The notes beneath the pieces were generated by a model. It was not told the origin of the DNA and did no database searches. It was given only the letters and a program-made list of their open reading frames with translations. Source: Alphaproteobacteria bacterium (GTDB lineage: Bacteria; Pseudomonadota; Alphaproteobacteria; JAPOUT01; G958296285). Taken from it: DNA of 64,000 nucleotides. The translations under genes and the position numbers were made by a program. Below are positions 21,901 through 27,805 of this stretch, piece after piece (position 1 is the stretch's first letter; every line of letters begins with the position of its first letter). The DNA lies in contig OZ242373.1 in the NCBI GenBank assembly GCA_965209065.1, positions 1,415,384 to 1,479,383 of the forward strand, read 5' to 3'.

Positions 21901-24900
21901 GTCTATGCGAGTAGCGTCTATTACCAAATTGCTAGTTCTCGCGATGAAGGTTATATCATAATCCCCAGTGCTAATGATACCAGGAACACTCCCATCGGTA
22001 GAGTCTCCCCTAATGGAAAGGGTATGAGCGGAGAGCGTCACATCAGCCGCGCCAAAGATAATTTGATTTCTTGCGGTGAGGGTCAAAGTTCCCGTGCCGT
22101 TCGTTGTGATAGATGTGGGAATGGTGATATTGCCGCTCAAGTGCGTTGTGGTGAGGGTCAAGTTTCTATTGGCATTGCTACCAAGCATCCATGCCGCATA
22201 GGTTAAGGTGCCTGCGTTCGTTTTGGTTACGGTCAGGTCATCTGTGGTAAGAGCCGTAGGCGCGGTGAAAGTGCCGCCGAAAGAAAGCGCCACATCTCCC
22301 TCGCCGAAGTTATAACTGCCTACGAGGCTCAAGTTGCCTGTGCTGGTAATACTAATTGCGCCATTGGCGGCAGAGGTATCGGCGGCGTTGGATTGTAGTT
22401 CAACAACGCCTGCGTTAATTGTGGCGGCGCCTTGGAAGTCCAATTTCCCGCCGGTAGATTTCAATGCTAGTTTTCCTGTGCCTGCGCTGCGGTCATAGCC
22501 TGCTAGTATAATAATATCGCCGGTAATTTCAATATCGGTGGTGCCTGCCGCGTCAGGCATCCAGTCTGCGACCGCGAGATTTCCCGAAATCCCGCGTATC
22601 GTTAAAGTGTTTACGCCAAAGCTCACAATGTCGTCAGCGGCAAGAGTCCTTGTGGTTATCGCAAACGAGCCTGCCCTAAAACTACCGATAAGAGTGGTTG
22701 TGCCTGTCGTCGCGATTATGGTAAGCGCGTTGCTGTTAGATGCGGGAGCGGCGGCGGCGTTGATGCTTACGTTCGCTGCGGTCAAAGTGGCATTGCCGTC
22801 AGGCACGATGATAGTTCCTGTGCTGGTAGTGGTTAGGCTCAAGCTCCCGCCGCCGATGTTAATGCTCGCGAGGGTAATGTTGCCTGTAGCTGTAACCGTC
22901 AGGTTTTGCCCTGATTGCTCCATCCAGCTCGCCAGCGTGAGCGCGCCGCTTGCGTTAATGATAAGCGTGCCTCGGCTTGTGAAGCTTGGGGGAGTGTCGC
23001 TCGCCAGCGTTGCGGCGTTTAGCGTTAGGGTGTTGCCGTTGAGGTTAAAGTTGCCGGTCAGGTCTAGCTCGCCAGTCGCGGTGAGGGTAACTGCGCCGGC
23101 GGCGGCGCCTGATGCATCGCCTGTGGTAAGCGTAAGGTCTGCGGCGGAGATGGTGGGGGTAGCTTCGGTAAAGCTAATGCGGTTCGCGATTATCTCTAAA
23201 TTTTTCCCTGAGAAGCTGATGTCGGGGACGCTAACAGCTATACCTGCGGCGTTGATAGTAAGAGCGGTGGTTGCGCCGGTCATCCAGCTTGCGATGGTGA
23301 GTGCTTCGCTTGCGCTGTTACCGGCGGTAATGTTAAGTGTGGCGACAGTAAGGTTGGGGGTGGTATAGGCTAAGGAGCCGCCGCCATCGCCATATTGAAT
23401 ATCGAGGGTGGCGACATTAATCGCTCCAGCTAAAGTTACGCCGGCGGAAGCGTCAATCGTAAGTTTTGTTCCCGGCGTGGTTGCGCTCGCGCTGGTTATG
23501 GTGATGCCCGAGCCGATAATTGTTGTTGTGCCTGTGAAGGTCAAATTGCCGGCTGAATTGATTTCTAAGTTTCTAGCCGCAATACCGAAGCTATTCGCTA
23601 GGGTGATGTTGCCCGAAGTTGTTGTGAGCTTGATAGTGCCACTAGCCGCGAAGCCACTTACGCTGGTTGCGGTGATAGAGATAGAGCCTCTCGTTTTTAT
23701 TTCCAAAAGGTCGTTAGGGAAAGTGATTGTGCCTGTTGGGGTGAGTGTAAAATTAGAATCGCCTAAATCCAAAATGCCATTCACAATTTCAAATTTTCCG
23801 TCAATCTCATTCATAATGTCGGCGGCGGAAATGTTCGTGCCAGCTATATCAATATGGTCGGGCTGGAGGCAATTCGCCACGCTGGGGGTGCATGCGCCCC
23901 AAGATGGAATGCTGTATGTTGCGCCTGCCGCTAAATCTGTGCGTATGAGAATTGGCAGGTATACGCTCGCTGGGTCGGCACGATTAGGACTGCCGACTAC
24001 ACCACCATACCCTCTCCTAAAGGTCGTTGAGCCTATATCACTAGCAAAAGCGGTGGCTGTTTGCGTTAGTTCAATGGTAGCATTGTTATCTGTAATAATA
24101 ATTGTTGGCTCGCTCGTCCAAATAAAGTTGCTGGCGGTTAGTTTGATACTAGCTGCCGTGTCCTTATTAGTCACCGAGCTCGAAAATCCGGTCGGTCCAG
24201 CGCCTATTCGTGCCATCTCAAGATGACCCTGAATTTCAATTGTGCCTGTCGTAGTGAGGATAAAATCTCGTTTAATGTCGCTGCTTGTAAGAAAGTAACC
24301 CCTATCATTGACACCATCTTCATCGGCTATGAAGTTAAGCACTACTGCCCCAGCATTAAGTTCTGTTATGTTTATTTCTTGAATAATGGGGGTATCATTA
24401 GCGCCGACAGCCATATGGTCGATGAGTGTTAGGTTGGGGATATTAAGTGTTAGCGTGCCCCCATCACCTAAATTATAAACACCCCTTATAGAAAATTGAG
24501 TGAATCTAGCCCCGGTTTTTTGGTTTATTGTGAGGTTTTGATTACCATCACCACTAATGGCTGTAAAGGCAGTCGTTGTTATATCAACATCTGTAGCATT
24601 AAGCTGAATGCTCTCTGCCACTGTAATTACAATATCATCATTAGCTCCGCCAGCACCATCATCAGCGCCATCAAATATAATACGCGGCGCGGTGATTTCT
24701 AAAGTGTTTGCTATGACACTCCCAGTAATTAAGACGGGTCTCGTTTCTGATGTTATCTTAATTTGCTTAGCCAGTAGCGCCCAGCTTCTAATAACAAGCG
24801 GGTCTGAGGAGTTATGTGTGTTTTCTATATTAACGACATAGTTTTCAAAAGCGTCCGCCTGATTAGCCCCAGTGCCAGTGGTCGGATAGATTATACCGCC

Positions 24901-27687
24901 CATACCCACATTCAGAATTAAATTATTTTGAAGAGTAGCAGTGCTTACTTTTACAAGATTTTTGAAGGTGATGGAGTTTGTGCCATATATTTTAACAGAC
25001 GATAATACCCCTGCATTATTACCAAAGCCTTCAAGGTAAGGGGCGTCAAGTGTCAGGTTTGTTGCTCTAATAGCAGCTTGGGAAATGATGCCACTAAAAC
25101 TACTTAATACCTTCATTGATAACTGACCATTTGTTTTTAAGATTAAATCAAATGCTGGGTGGTTGCCGTCATCATCTTGCGCGGCAAACACGTTCGCTAT
25201 TCTTAAATCTATCTCTGAACTATCTATATCAGCCGCTACCGTGCCGCCAGTTATTTCAATAGTGAGCGTAGCACCCGCAGATAATCCACTTATTCCACCT
25301 GTGCTAAATACATCTTCATCTCCGTTCTTCCCCGCCGACGGATTAGACGTAGAGTGGGTGTTGGCGGCGGTTGCTATGGTGATAGAGCCAGTGGTTGTTA
25401 TTCTCGTTAGGGTTGAGGGAACAATAATTTTGCCGCCGGTTATAAGCGTTAAGTCAAATGTTCCTAAATCTAAAACGCCATTCTCAATCTCAAAGCCACC
25501 TAACACGTCCGTTAGCGTTATACTGCCCACTTGCTCTACGTTAATATCTGCCTTCGGGACGGGGGGAGCTTGGCAAAATGAATCGCCAGCAAGGCAAGAT
25601 GCCCACCTTGGACGCGTATAATTCTCAGTGGCATTTGTTTGGCTAATAATAGGATTTGTGTCGTCGGACCTAATAGGCAGTTCACTGTCAGGGTCAAACG
25701 CTTTCGCCTGCTTTAAGGTAATGGTGCGCGCGCTTATAGTTCTTTTTGTTGGGGCGTTATTAGCTGGGTCAGTTAGGTGGGGAATTGTGCTAAAATTAAT
25801 ACCGCCGGTGCCTGCGGTGATGACTAAATCACCCCCGCCTACATCTGGAGCGTATATAAAGATAGCGGTATTGATGTTTACCGCTCCATCAGCGGCGGCG
25901 GCGATAATCGTGAGGTTTTTCAATGTTGAGAAGGGTTGCCTTACAGCAGTAAGAGTGACTGAAGCGCCGGTAAGTGTGGTTGCCCTAGAACTAGAAAGAG
26001 TTAGCTGACCCGCTGAATTGATGGTTAAATCCGAACCGCTAACACCAAAATTACCCGATAAGCTGATATTGCCAATAGGATTGTCGAAGTCATTATTGCT
26101 GGTGGTTGTGGTGAGCGTAAACGCAGTGCCTGCTGTTGTTGGTGTCCATGAAAAAGTGCCACCTATGCTGATGTTGATATTTCCTGTTGTTGTTCTTATT
26201 CCGGTAAGTGCGGGAGGGAAAACAACATTGCCGGCTGTGCTAAGCGTGAAATTAAATGTGGTTACATCAAACTCACCCGAAGTGAAATCAAACTTTTCTG
26301 TTATTGCGTCCATAATTTCTTGCGCGGTGATGCCATCGTTGTCTGGGTCTGTTATGTTAATCGCGCCCGCAGTCTTAATCGGCGTTGTATCGGTTGTGGT
26401 TAGCGTGGCTGCTTCGGTTGGCGTAGTGCCAAGGTTTGTGCCATCATAAACATAAGCCTTTAGGGAAGTGGGTCGTGTGCCAAACGCTCCTACCTGCGAT
26501 AAAGCAATGGTATCTGCATATAAAGTTACACCCGAGCCAAAAGTAATTACGCCCCCTGTTGCCGTTATCGTTAAAGTAGGCGAGAAAGTGCTTGTGCTTA
26601 CCAACTCTATATTCTCGTTTATAGTTATTGTTGGCGCCGTTAAAGTAAGATTGCCACGAGCTAACGCATTGCCCGTCGTGCCACGATCTATTGTCGCACC
26701 AACAGTTATATTCTCAGTCGCCGCCAGCGAAAGTGTCGTCCCCGCATTAGCCTCAAGGTAAACGCGAATCGCACCTCCCAGCAAATAAAGAGTCTCTCCC
26801 GCATTATCATCTTCCGCTATATTACCTATATCTGTCGCATCAACCATATTGGCTCTTAAGCCATTATTATCTGTAATAACGATATTGGTAGGGTCAAGCA
26901 AAAGCTCCCCTGTTTTCACATTCAATAAATCAAACGAGGCGAGACTCTTCTTACCTGAAATCTCAACGAAACCGCTTCCCGCATTTATGTTGCCTTGAAA
27001 GTTTGTGCTAACATCAGACCAAATAATAACGCGCGGTGATGTTATTAACGCGCCCGACTCCACAATTGTTTTTTGTGAGTTGGTAATATCTCCCTTGCCT
27101 TGAAAATCACCGCCAACAAGAACCTCTTCATTTGCCGTTAAACTTGCGCTTGAACCTATCCTTACCTCATTCGCGCCCTCTACGATTATTCTATCTGCCG
27201 AAACCGCGCCGCCAACATTAACCACTTCGCCCTTGCTTAAACTTTGTAAATGAACTTCGCCTGAAGGCGCATTGATAACACCTTGCGCCGAAACCGAACC
27301 CGAACTCGCTGAGGCTAACAAGCCCCCAACATTCACCACCGAACCCGCGCCAAACTCTACGCCAGCAGGATTCTCCAAAACCACACGACCATTCGCGCTT
27401 AACGTGCCGTCTATCTGTGTGCCAACGCCATTACGAACGCCTATCACTATAGACGAACGCGAACTCGGCTGATGGATTCTAACTTCCTCTCCCGCCGAGA
27501 TGTCAAAGCTATTCCAGCTCGTTCGCAAGCTGTCGGTATATTGTCTTATGTTATATGCGTCACTTAAATCGCCCGAGCCCGAGAGAATCTCTCCCCCTCT
27601 TGGCGCGGCAGACGCACTCGCTACACAAAAAAATGCTAGAAAAGCAACGCTTAACCAGCCTTTGACGGCTATTTCTTTTATCGGCAT
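9994..27687 (-). CDS. giant TPS-domain exoprotein, copy 1 (TpsA / filamentous-haemagglutinin-like, 5,897 aa)
   Basis: Single uninterrupted 17,694-nt ORF. AGGAGG lies 8 nt upstream of the ATG. It has a Sec signal peptide (MPIKEIAVKGWLSVAFLAFFCVASASA). A ~230-aa TPS-like domain follows (…WNSFDISAGEEVRIHQP…DGTLSANGRVVLENPAGVEFGAGSVVNVGGL…, compare the NPNGI region of FhaB/ShlA). The remainder is T/A/G/S/I/L/N-rich imperfect repeats with recurrent xWMx(5-8)RNLTLT modules, three W-x2-C-x6-7-C modules and a distinct acidic C-terminal domain ending CSTATACR. Confidence 0.85.
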   Translation of the reverse strand: MPIKEIAVKGWLSVAFLAFFCVASASAAPRGGEILSGSGDLSDAYNIRQYTDSLRTSWNSFDISAGEEVRIHQPSSRSSIVIGVRNGVGTQIDGTLSANGRVVLENPAGVEFGAGSVVNVGGLLASASSGSVSAQGVINAPSGEVHLQSLSKGEVVNVGGAVSADRIIVEGANEVRIGSSASLTANEEVLVGGDFQGKGDITNSQKTIVESGALITSPRVIIWSDVSTNFQGNINAGSGFVEISGKKSLASFDLLNVKTGELLLDPTNIVITDNNGLRANMVDATDIGNIAEDDNAGETLYLLGGAIRVYLEANAGTTLSLAATENITVGATIDRGTTGNALARGNLTLTAPTITINENIELVSTSTFSPTLTITATGGVITFGSGVTLYADTIALSQVGAFGTRPTSLKAYVYDGTNLGTTPTEAATLTTTDTTPIKTAGAINITDPDNDGITAQEIMDAITEKFDFTSGEFDVTTFNFTLSTAGNVVFPPALTGIRTTTGNINISIGGTFSWTPTTAGTAFTLTTTTSNNDFDNPIGNISLSGNFGVSGSDLTINSAGQLTLSSSRATTLTGASVTLTAVRQPFSTLKNLTIIAAAADGAVNINTAIFIYAPDVGGGDLVITAGTGGINFSTIPHLTDPANNAPTKRTISARTITLKQAKAFDPDSELPIRSDDTNPIISQTNATENYTRPRWASCLAGDSFCQAPPVPKADINVEQVGSITLTDVLGGFEIENGVLDLGTFDLTLITGGKIIVPSTLTRITTTGSITIATAANTHSTSNPSAGKNGDEDVFSTGGISGLSAGATLTIEITGGTVAADIDSSEIDLRIANVFAAQDDDGNHPAFDLILKTNGQLSMKVLSSFSGIISQAAIRATNLTLDAPYLEGFGNNAGVLSSVKIYGTNSITFKNLVKVSTATLQNNLILNVGMGGIIYPTTGTGANQADAFENYVVNIENTHNSSDPLVIRSWALLAKQIKITSETRPVLITGSVIANTLEITAPRIIFDGADDGAGGANDDIVITVAESIQLNATDVDITTTAFTAISGDGNQNLTINQKTGARFTQFSIRGVYNLGDGGTLTLNIPNLTLIDHMAVGANDTPIIQEINITELNAGAVVLNFIADEDGVNDRGYFLTSSDIKRDFILTTTGTIEIQGHLEMARIGAGPTGFSSSVTNKDTAASIKLTASNFIWTSEPTIIITDNNATIELTQTATAFASDIGSTTFRRGYGGVVGSPNRADPASVYLPILIRTDLAAGATYSIPSWGACTPSVANCLQPDHIDIAGTNISAADIMNEIDGKFEIVNGILDLGDSNFTLTPTGTITFPNDLLEIKTRGSISITATSVSGFAASGTIKLTTTSGNITLANSFGIAARNLEINSAGNLTFTGTTTIIGSGITITSASATTPGTKLTIDASAGVTLAGAINVATLDIQYGDGGGSLAYTTPNLTVATLNITAGNSASEALTIASWMTGATTALTINAAGIAVSVPDISFSGKNLEIIANRISFTEATPTISAADLTLTTGDASGAAAGAVTLTATGELDLTGNFNLNGNTLTLNAATLASDTPPSFTSRGTLIINASGALTLASWMEQSGQNLTVTATGNITLASINIGGGSLSLTTTSTGTIIVPDGNATLTAANVSINAAAAPASNSNALTIIATTGTTTLIGSFRAGSFAITTRTLAADDIVSFGVNTLTIRGISGNLAVADWMPDAAGTTDIEITGDIIILAGYDRSAGTGKLALKSTGGKLDFQGAATINAGVVELQSNAADTSAANGAISITSTGNLSLVGSYNFGEGDVALSFGGTFTAPTALTTDDLTVTKTNAGTLTYAAWMLGSNANRNLTLTTTHLSGNITIPTSITTNGTGTLTLTARNQIIFGAADVTLSAHTLSIRGDSTDGSVPGIISTGDYDITFIARTSNLVIDATRIDLKRTGDDDANKNNLTLSAANGEIRFANDVIIKVNDITLGGTVSVGGLFGGLFNSGISDLTINAADAIIFSSATTITADEITLSSAIDGTPNNTHNVQITPDGALTLSGLIQTGGTITLTTTGSSTINYSGDTKIDGGSSISLTSKGTPDAPSAARNVTLDADAVTLSGAINLGTGTLTLTTASLTYASTNRALTAGGVNLTLSTGSFDLTAEANEWLIPASGGAAFDRSLTITTDDSSIAFPSGTRNFGTGSLVISATGGISFALDASTAITATSISLTSTAGATQSNQDLTLTTTAGDITLQGTFNIGLAGSTQGDLAITAVGGQILFTGSPAPTINGKTISLTQSANKEAFNGVSPASFNVKPAVKYTGADAADGYQVSTWATCSTVENTSCSIPVPIMSTGQASINLATLISGKFSVVNGVLDLGGQPLELQTEGQITFPSTLTEIKTTGSITISAGSISGWGASIKLTANGAITLSGAFGDSGKALTIGAGSLTFANALTETTITGSTVSITGASAATIAAGADLTITATGNLTLNGPINVGTQTLELNYGTSGAGSTLTYSNSTNITFGELEITNSGTTALDIVDWMAVSDKNLTITASEATVNILAGVSLGTGNLNIDTNKINFGGGFTQITAGDITFATTTAASNNALLPPLSFTASGTLSLSGAYDFANSTTSTNASITLSAAIFAATPSPTITNVSNISLAYTGTGAFTPPTWAAIAGVDLSITADEISLPSGFTIGGGDLTLTANEVSAVDTVTRGALTINLAEENGTFLIETWAIVAGKNLTIDSGSVAGVTITIPAALNIGTGALSLTAATLNFGSADVAITAATITLSGSVANPANVSMTATGKITFTDTAGLAYDFGANTLTLSAGEFDATLTNVMLTAETLELTYTGATAFNIPAWATANITNLSVTTTEVALNVPSVLNIGSGDLALRTTTANSNGIVFARDATITAGTLTLGSSVASTLASSAGNATVTLNLSGSLTAGVANDNGTISGLHTFSFAGDNNTFSISTDQSSSGLSSNSRILVGNFAITYTGAGEFDQPSLAATGGGASSITTTYSITTSTGTGISLSGSGFGAAALTITAPTVTNRSPNVGTNTGDLTLNINGATDFTIPAWAIRTGKNLTIASSTADINVPAGLVAFGNGNLTLMAMGGSAITFADGATLEGGDITLYSTTPATAAGASISITASGALDLSGSFNLGTTDLVLSYASVDATILSSLTTDSLAITSSEETIDIAGWMVPTSGRRSLSITSAGSSTAITTGININLGGGILTLVTTDFSVKTSNITLTAGAINITAKGDGTGASSAITNTSSSEGLTLSATAGNITISADNIDLRHGGEGSLNLSASGQVIFSKASVVRAHNITIGGDIRAAGADLTLNAANAIVLDASKATSITAGTITLTSTIAGATSKQNFTLTADGNINLSGLFDVGNEADGGEMNFSAGNNGDNENQSSITLNDGLTLTARSILLTQNALFPEDEPTGVTFTIFENALPNAERTGGLPQTEHDWFEFAALTYDADDENIIIADLIAGDSDQMAFRPFTFDVATGILSFGEESVRLITTGQIIFPAGITAITAASLTLEAASIGIGAGADTAPATAFSGNLAITLTANLILKGALTLGDDLTLAITARRADLSGAVITAPTFNLTDASGTSTDGDTSITAATAVVWSSGANFPAELTLATPSLVLTSTASEGPIINLRAWMVDTTANRNLSITAAGKIVEVSASANLGTGDLTINARTLLVSTAAVSITAKDISITASADGTTSGDAAIRGDQNLTLIATGDIVIAATAIHLTGGFTASTTSANGIVFSKEATTLTATNIIFGREIPASTAGGVTTEASKTGSVISARSTATVDDAEVITASDLTLTTAGAITFIGKATISGAAVSLDSAEEGSQIDADLTINATGDLTIAGMFNAGTGIIRLVAGASGGTGDIVFTPTPTLRASSIRLQQNDTPFTAGSTAPATFTTAGNAEVKPRVKYLGAGEQQVTDNDGDWFVLDTLEFAPDNGSDNVDIAALLADTNGDFSDFSINADGLLDFGTEIVTITTTGKIIFPAGIREIRAAGLVLTAASIGIGAGADDGDATAFSGDLTLTIQGRLTLNGILTMGADTSLTANVLGSTSLVGVFTAPTFNLTTNRLTIGSADVVTSISATGTNATGAVVLTTTNAVTFTAHTDGTLPTIATPNLTWSKGDSVFGETSGFTLTGGGNLTLAYTGEAAEAVVLRDWMVATDRNLSLTATGEITLATADLGAGTLTLSGLFITTGDADVVLTASAIRLTTTEETNAAISGDQDLTLIATGDITIAATAINLSGDFTASAGGNITFTKATTLASANITFGRNVPAAGDVAASVIGSTIRAQSTADGETTEHVLVFITTAAITFIGETTITGAGIGLVSLTEGAASNADLTITASNGVVLSGLFNTGTGDISVTSGADNAIRFADGTNIVETVLKGGAITLTSGTATAEGIADEGGTPAIGSGHVTVIATGAVLLGGAFDTGAGNITIIAGTTTAGEEMPINFSTTQATTISGADISLTATGTATSGTATASNQALTITASGELTLDGDYDLGTGALTLNYDSISAPTGDITAGGLAIISTSDITIAEWMVEENRNLSVTATGAGITLATADLGTGTLTLSGVVITMGAAPATLTASTIRLTATAEGTEAGDAAIRGGQALTLIATGDITLTATAINLTADFTASTNGNITFSKAAVLTAANITFGRSVTVAGIGDLPATTTITGSTIRAQATADETTTQHNLTLTTAGAITLIGATTISGADVSLTSTTAGAASNAAFTIRATGAAILDGLFNTGTGAISVTSGADNAIGFGIATTMLTGGAITLTSGTAESATTPDAGAGDVTITATGAVLLGGVLQTTGNITITAGTTTAGAEMPIHFSTTQATTISGAVVSLTATGTATSGVATASNQDLRITASGALTLAGSYNAGTGDVVLIYASLGTAPTALVTDDLTITSAAAITIAEWMVAIGRDLFLTATNEGITLADVDLGTGTLTLSGSFLATGAADVTLMASAITITTSADTTGAAAAIRNTDNQNLTLIATAGNISIGADTIDLQHGNTNTGTGDLSLSASGEIIFTKAADVKANDIAIGGVVRAQTITPATDDAEEIVAASHNLTLTANGALNFAADKPTAISGADITLASAADSTPTASGQNLTIVAATGAVALSGNIDLGRTVAAAGTTPATTGGTLTITSGGDIAFSGTGTLTAEVIAITATSGQATFAGTPTIATTTFNWSQGGAFVDASPATLTVANLNLIRTADDGITFAAWMAATDRNLSITIVPTTEGSASAVISIGSNVTLGAGNLSLSATRLSISGASIIMAGDVNIVLSGTGSEATSALAGTASLGITASGSITIHAQNINFASVDLTLTAGDDEDIMFTHADGTSINAQNITIGGVVRSQSTATVNEAAVITQENLSLIVVGQINFSTEKATSIFGAVITLTSPTVGTTSTQNLTVTATGNLALSGGFDVGVGRLDLIAGDERGDTGVITFADPTALTASFIKLSQDGALFPTDKPTEVTFNINVVDEDGAITSTAEGAPRISYLGAEIQGRLTWATQFALYSGDGADKNIDLMDAFEAGNPFADEDNLEDNIVDFTDEDDKDFIVNADEGGNLILPDMPITIKANRIVISADKVGTGAGGNGVTRKIVLEATEIIIIDAEIAASDNIEINAPIVIFSKTKPVTLTGMNIMIDTDEMVEMPDDVANNQNVNLIAMNDIELNNNLNIGFGTLVLRSMSDTGSVRVSQRNVRIVANRVVYDAGIQTTGGNNIVIETMNDIILTDSSVMTAGNVILRAGGSIILPDGDVAIQAGEDIILEQRYGRRSNGNLTLTAGGDVNLIGTLYRGAGNIAITAGGAVVLTDAEALIAAQVSITQADVFSTDAPRTLFIGQNGVANAPALVYTGTAAHPIILWGASLTCSTATACR
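11970..16750 (-). repeat. intragenic tandem array of ~1.13-1.58 kb (~380-aa) repeat units in giant gene copy 1; counterpart in copy 2 at about 29,790-34,600
   Basis: TGGATG (Trp-Met) signature codons recur at 11973, 12891, 14025, 15165 and 16743. Spacings are 918, 1134, 1140 and 1578 nt. The units are alignable (…xWMVxxxRNLSxTATGxITLAxxDLGTGTLTLSG…AAIRGDQxLTLIATGDIxIAATAIxL…IRAQSTA…). Confidence 0.6.
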
Positions 27688-27699
27688 GGGAGAACCCTC

Positions 27700-27760
27700 C
27701 TGTTATAGTATAATCAGAGTATTATTCTAACACGCTTATTTTCTCCGCTTCAAGCAAAAA
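27700..27760 (-). promoter_or_regulatory. putative promoter and 5' UTR of giant gene copy 1 (duplicated with the unit)
   Basis: Minus strand has TTGAAG (27748-27753), an 18-nt spacer and TAGAAT (27724-27729), then AGGAGG (27696-27701) and the ATG at 27687. A near-identical sequence lies upstream of copy 2. Confidence 0.4.
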
Positions 27761-27805
27761 ATAAGGCGCGATTGGCTTATCCCCCAATAGAAGAGCGTTC
27801 CCGTT

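Noticed and set aside
9994-27687. CdiA-type contact-dependent inhibition toxin with a downstream immunity gene
   Set aside because: No VENN/pretoxin motif is present. The C-terminal 1,000+ residues are identical in both paralogs, whereas CdiA-CT domains are hypervariable. The only downstream ORF is a 241-aa BI-1/YccA protein with its own promoter, after a terminator.
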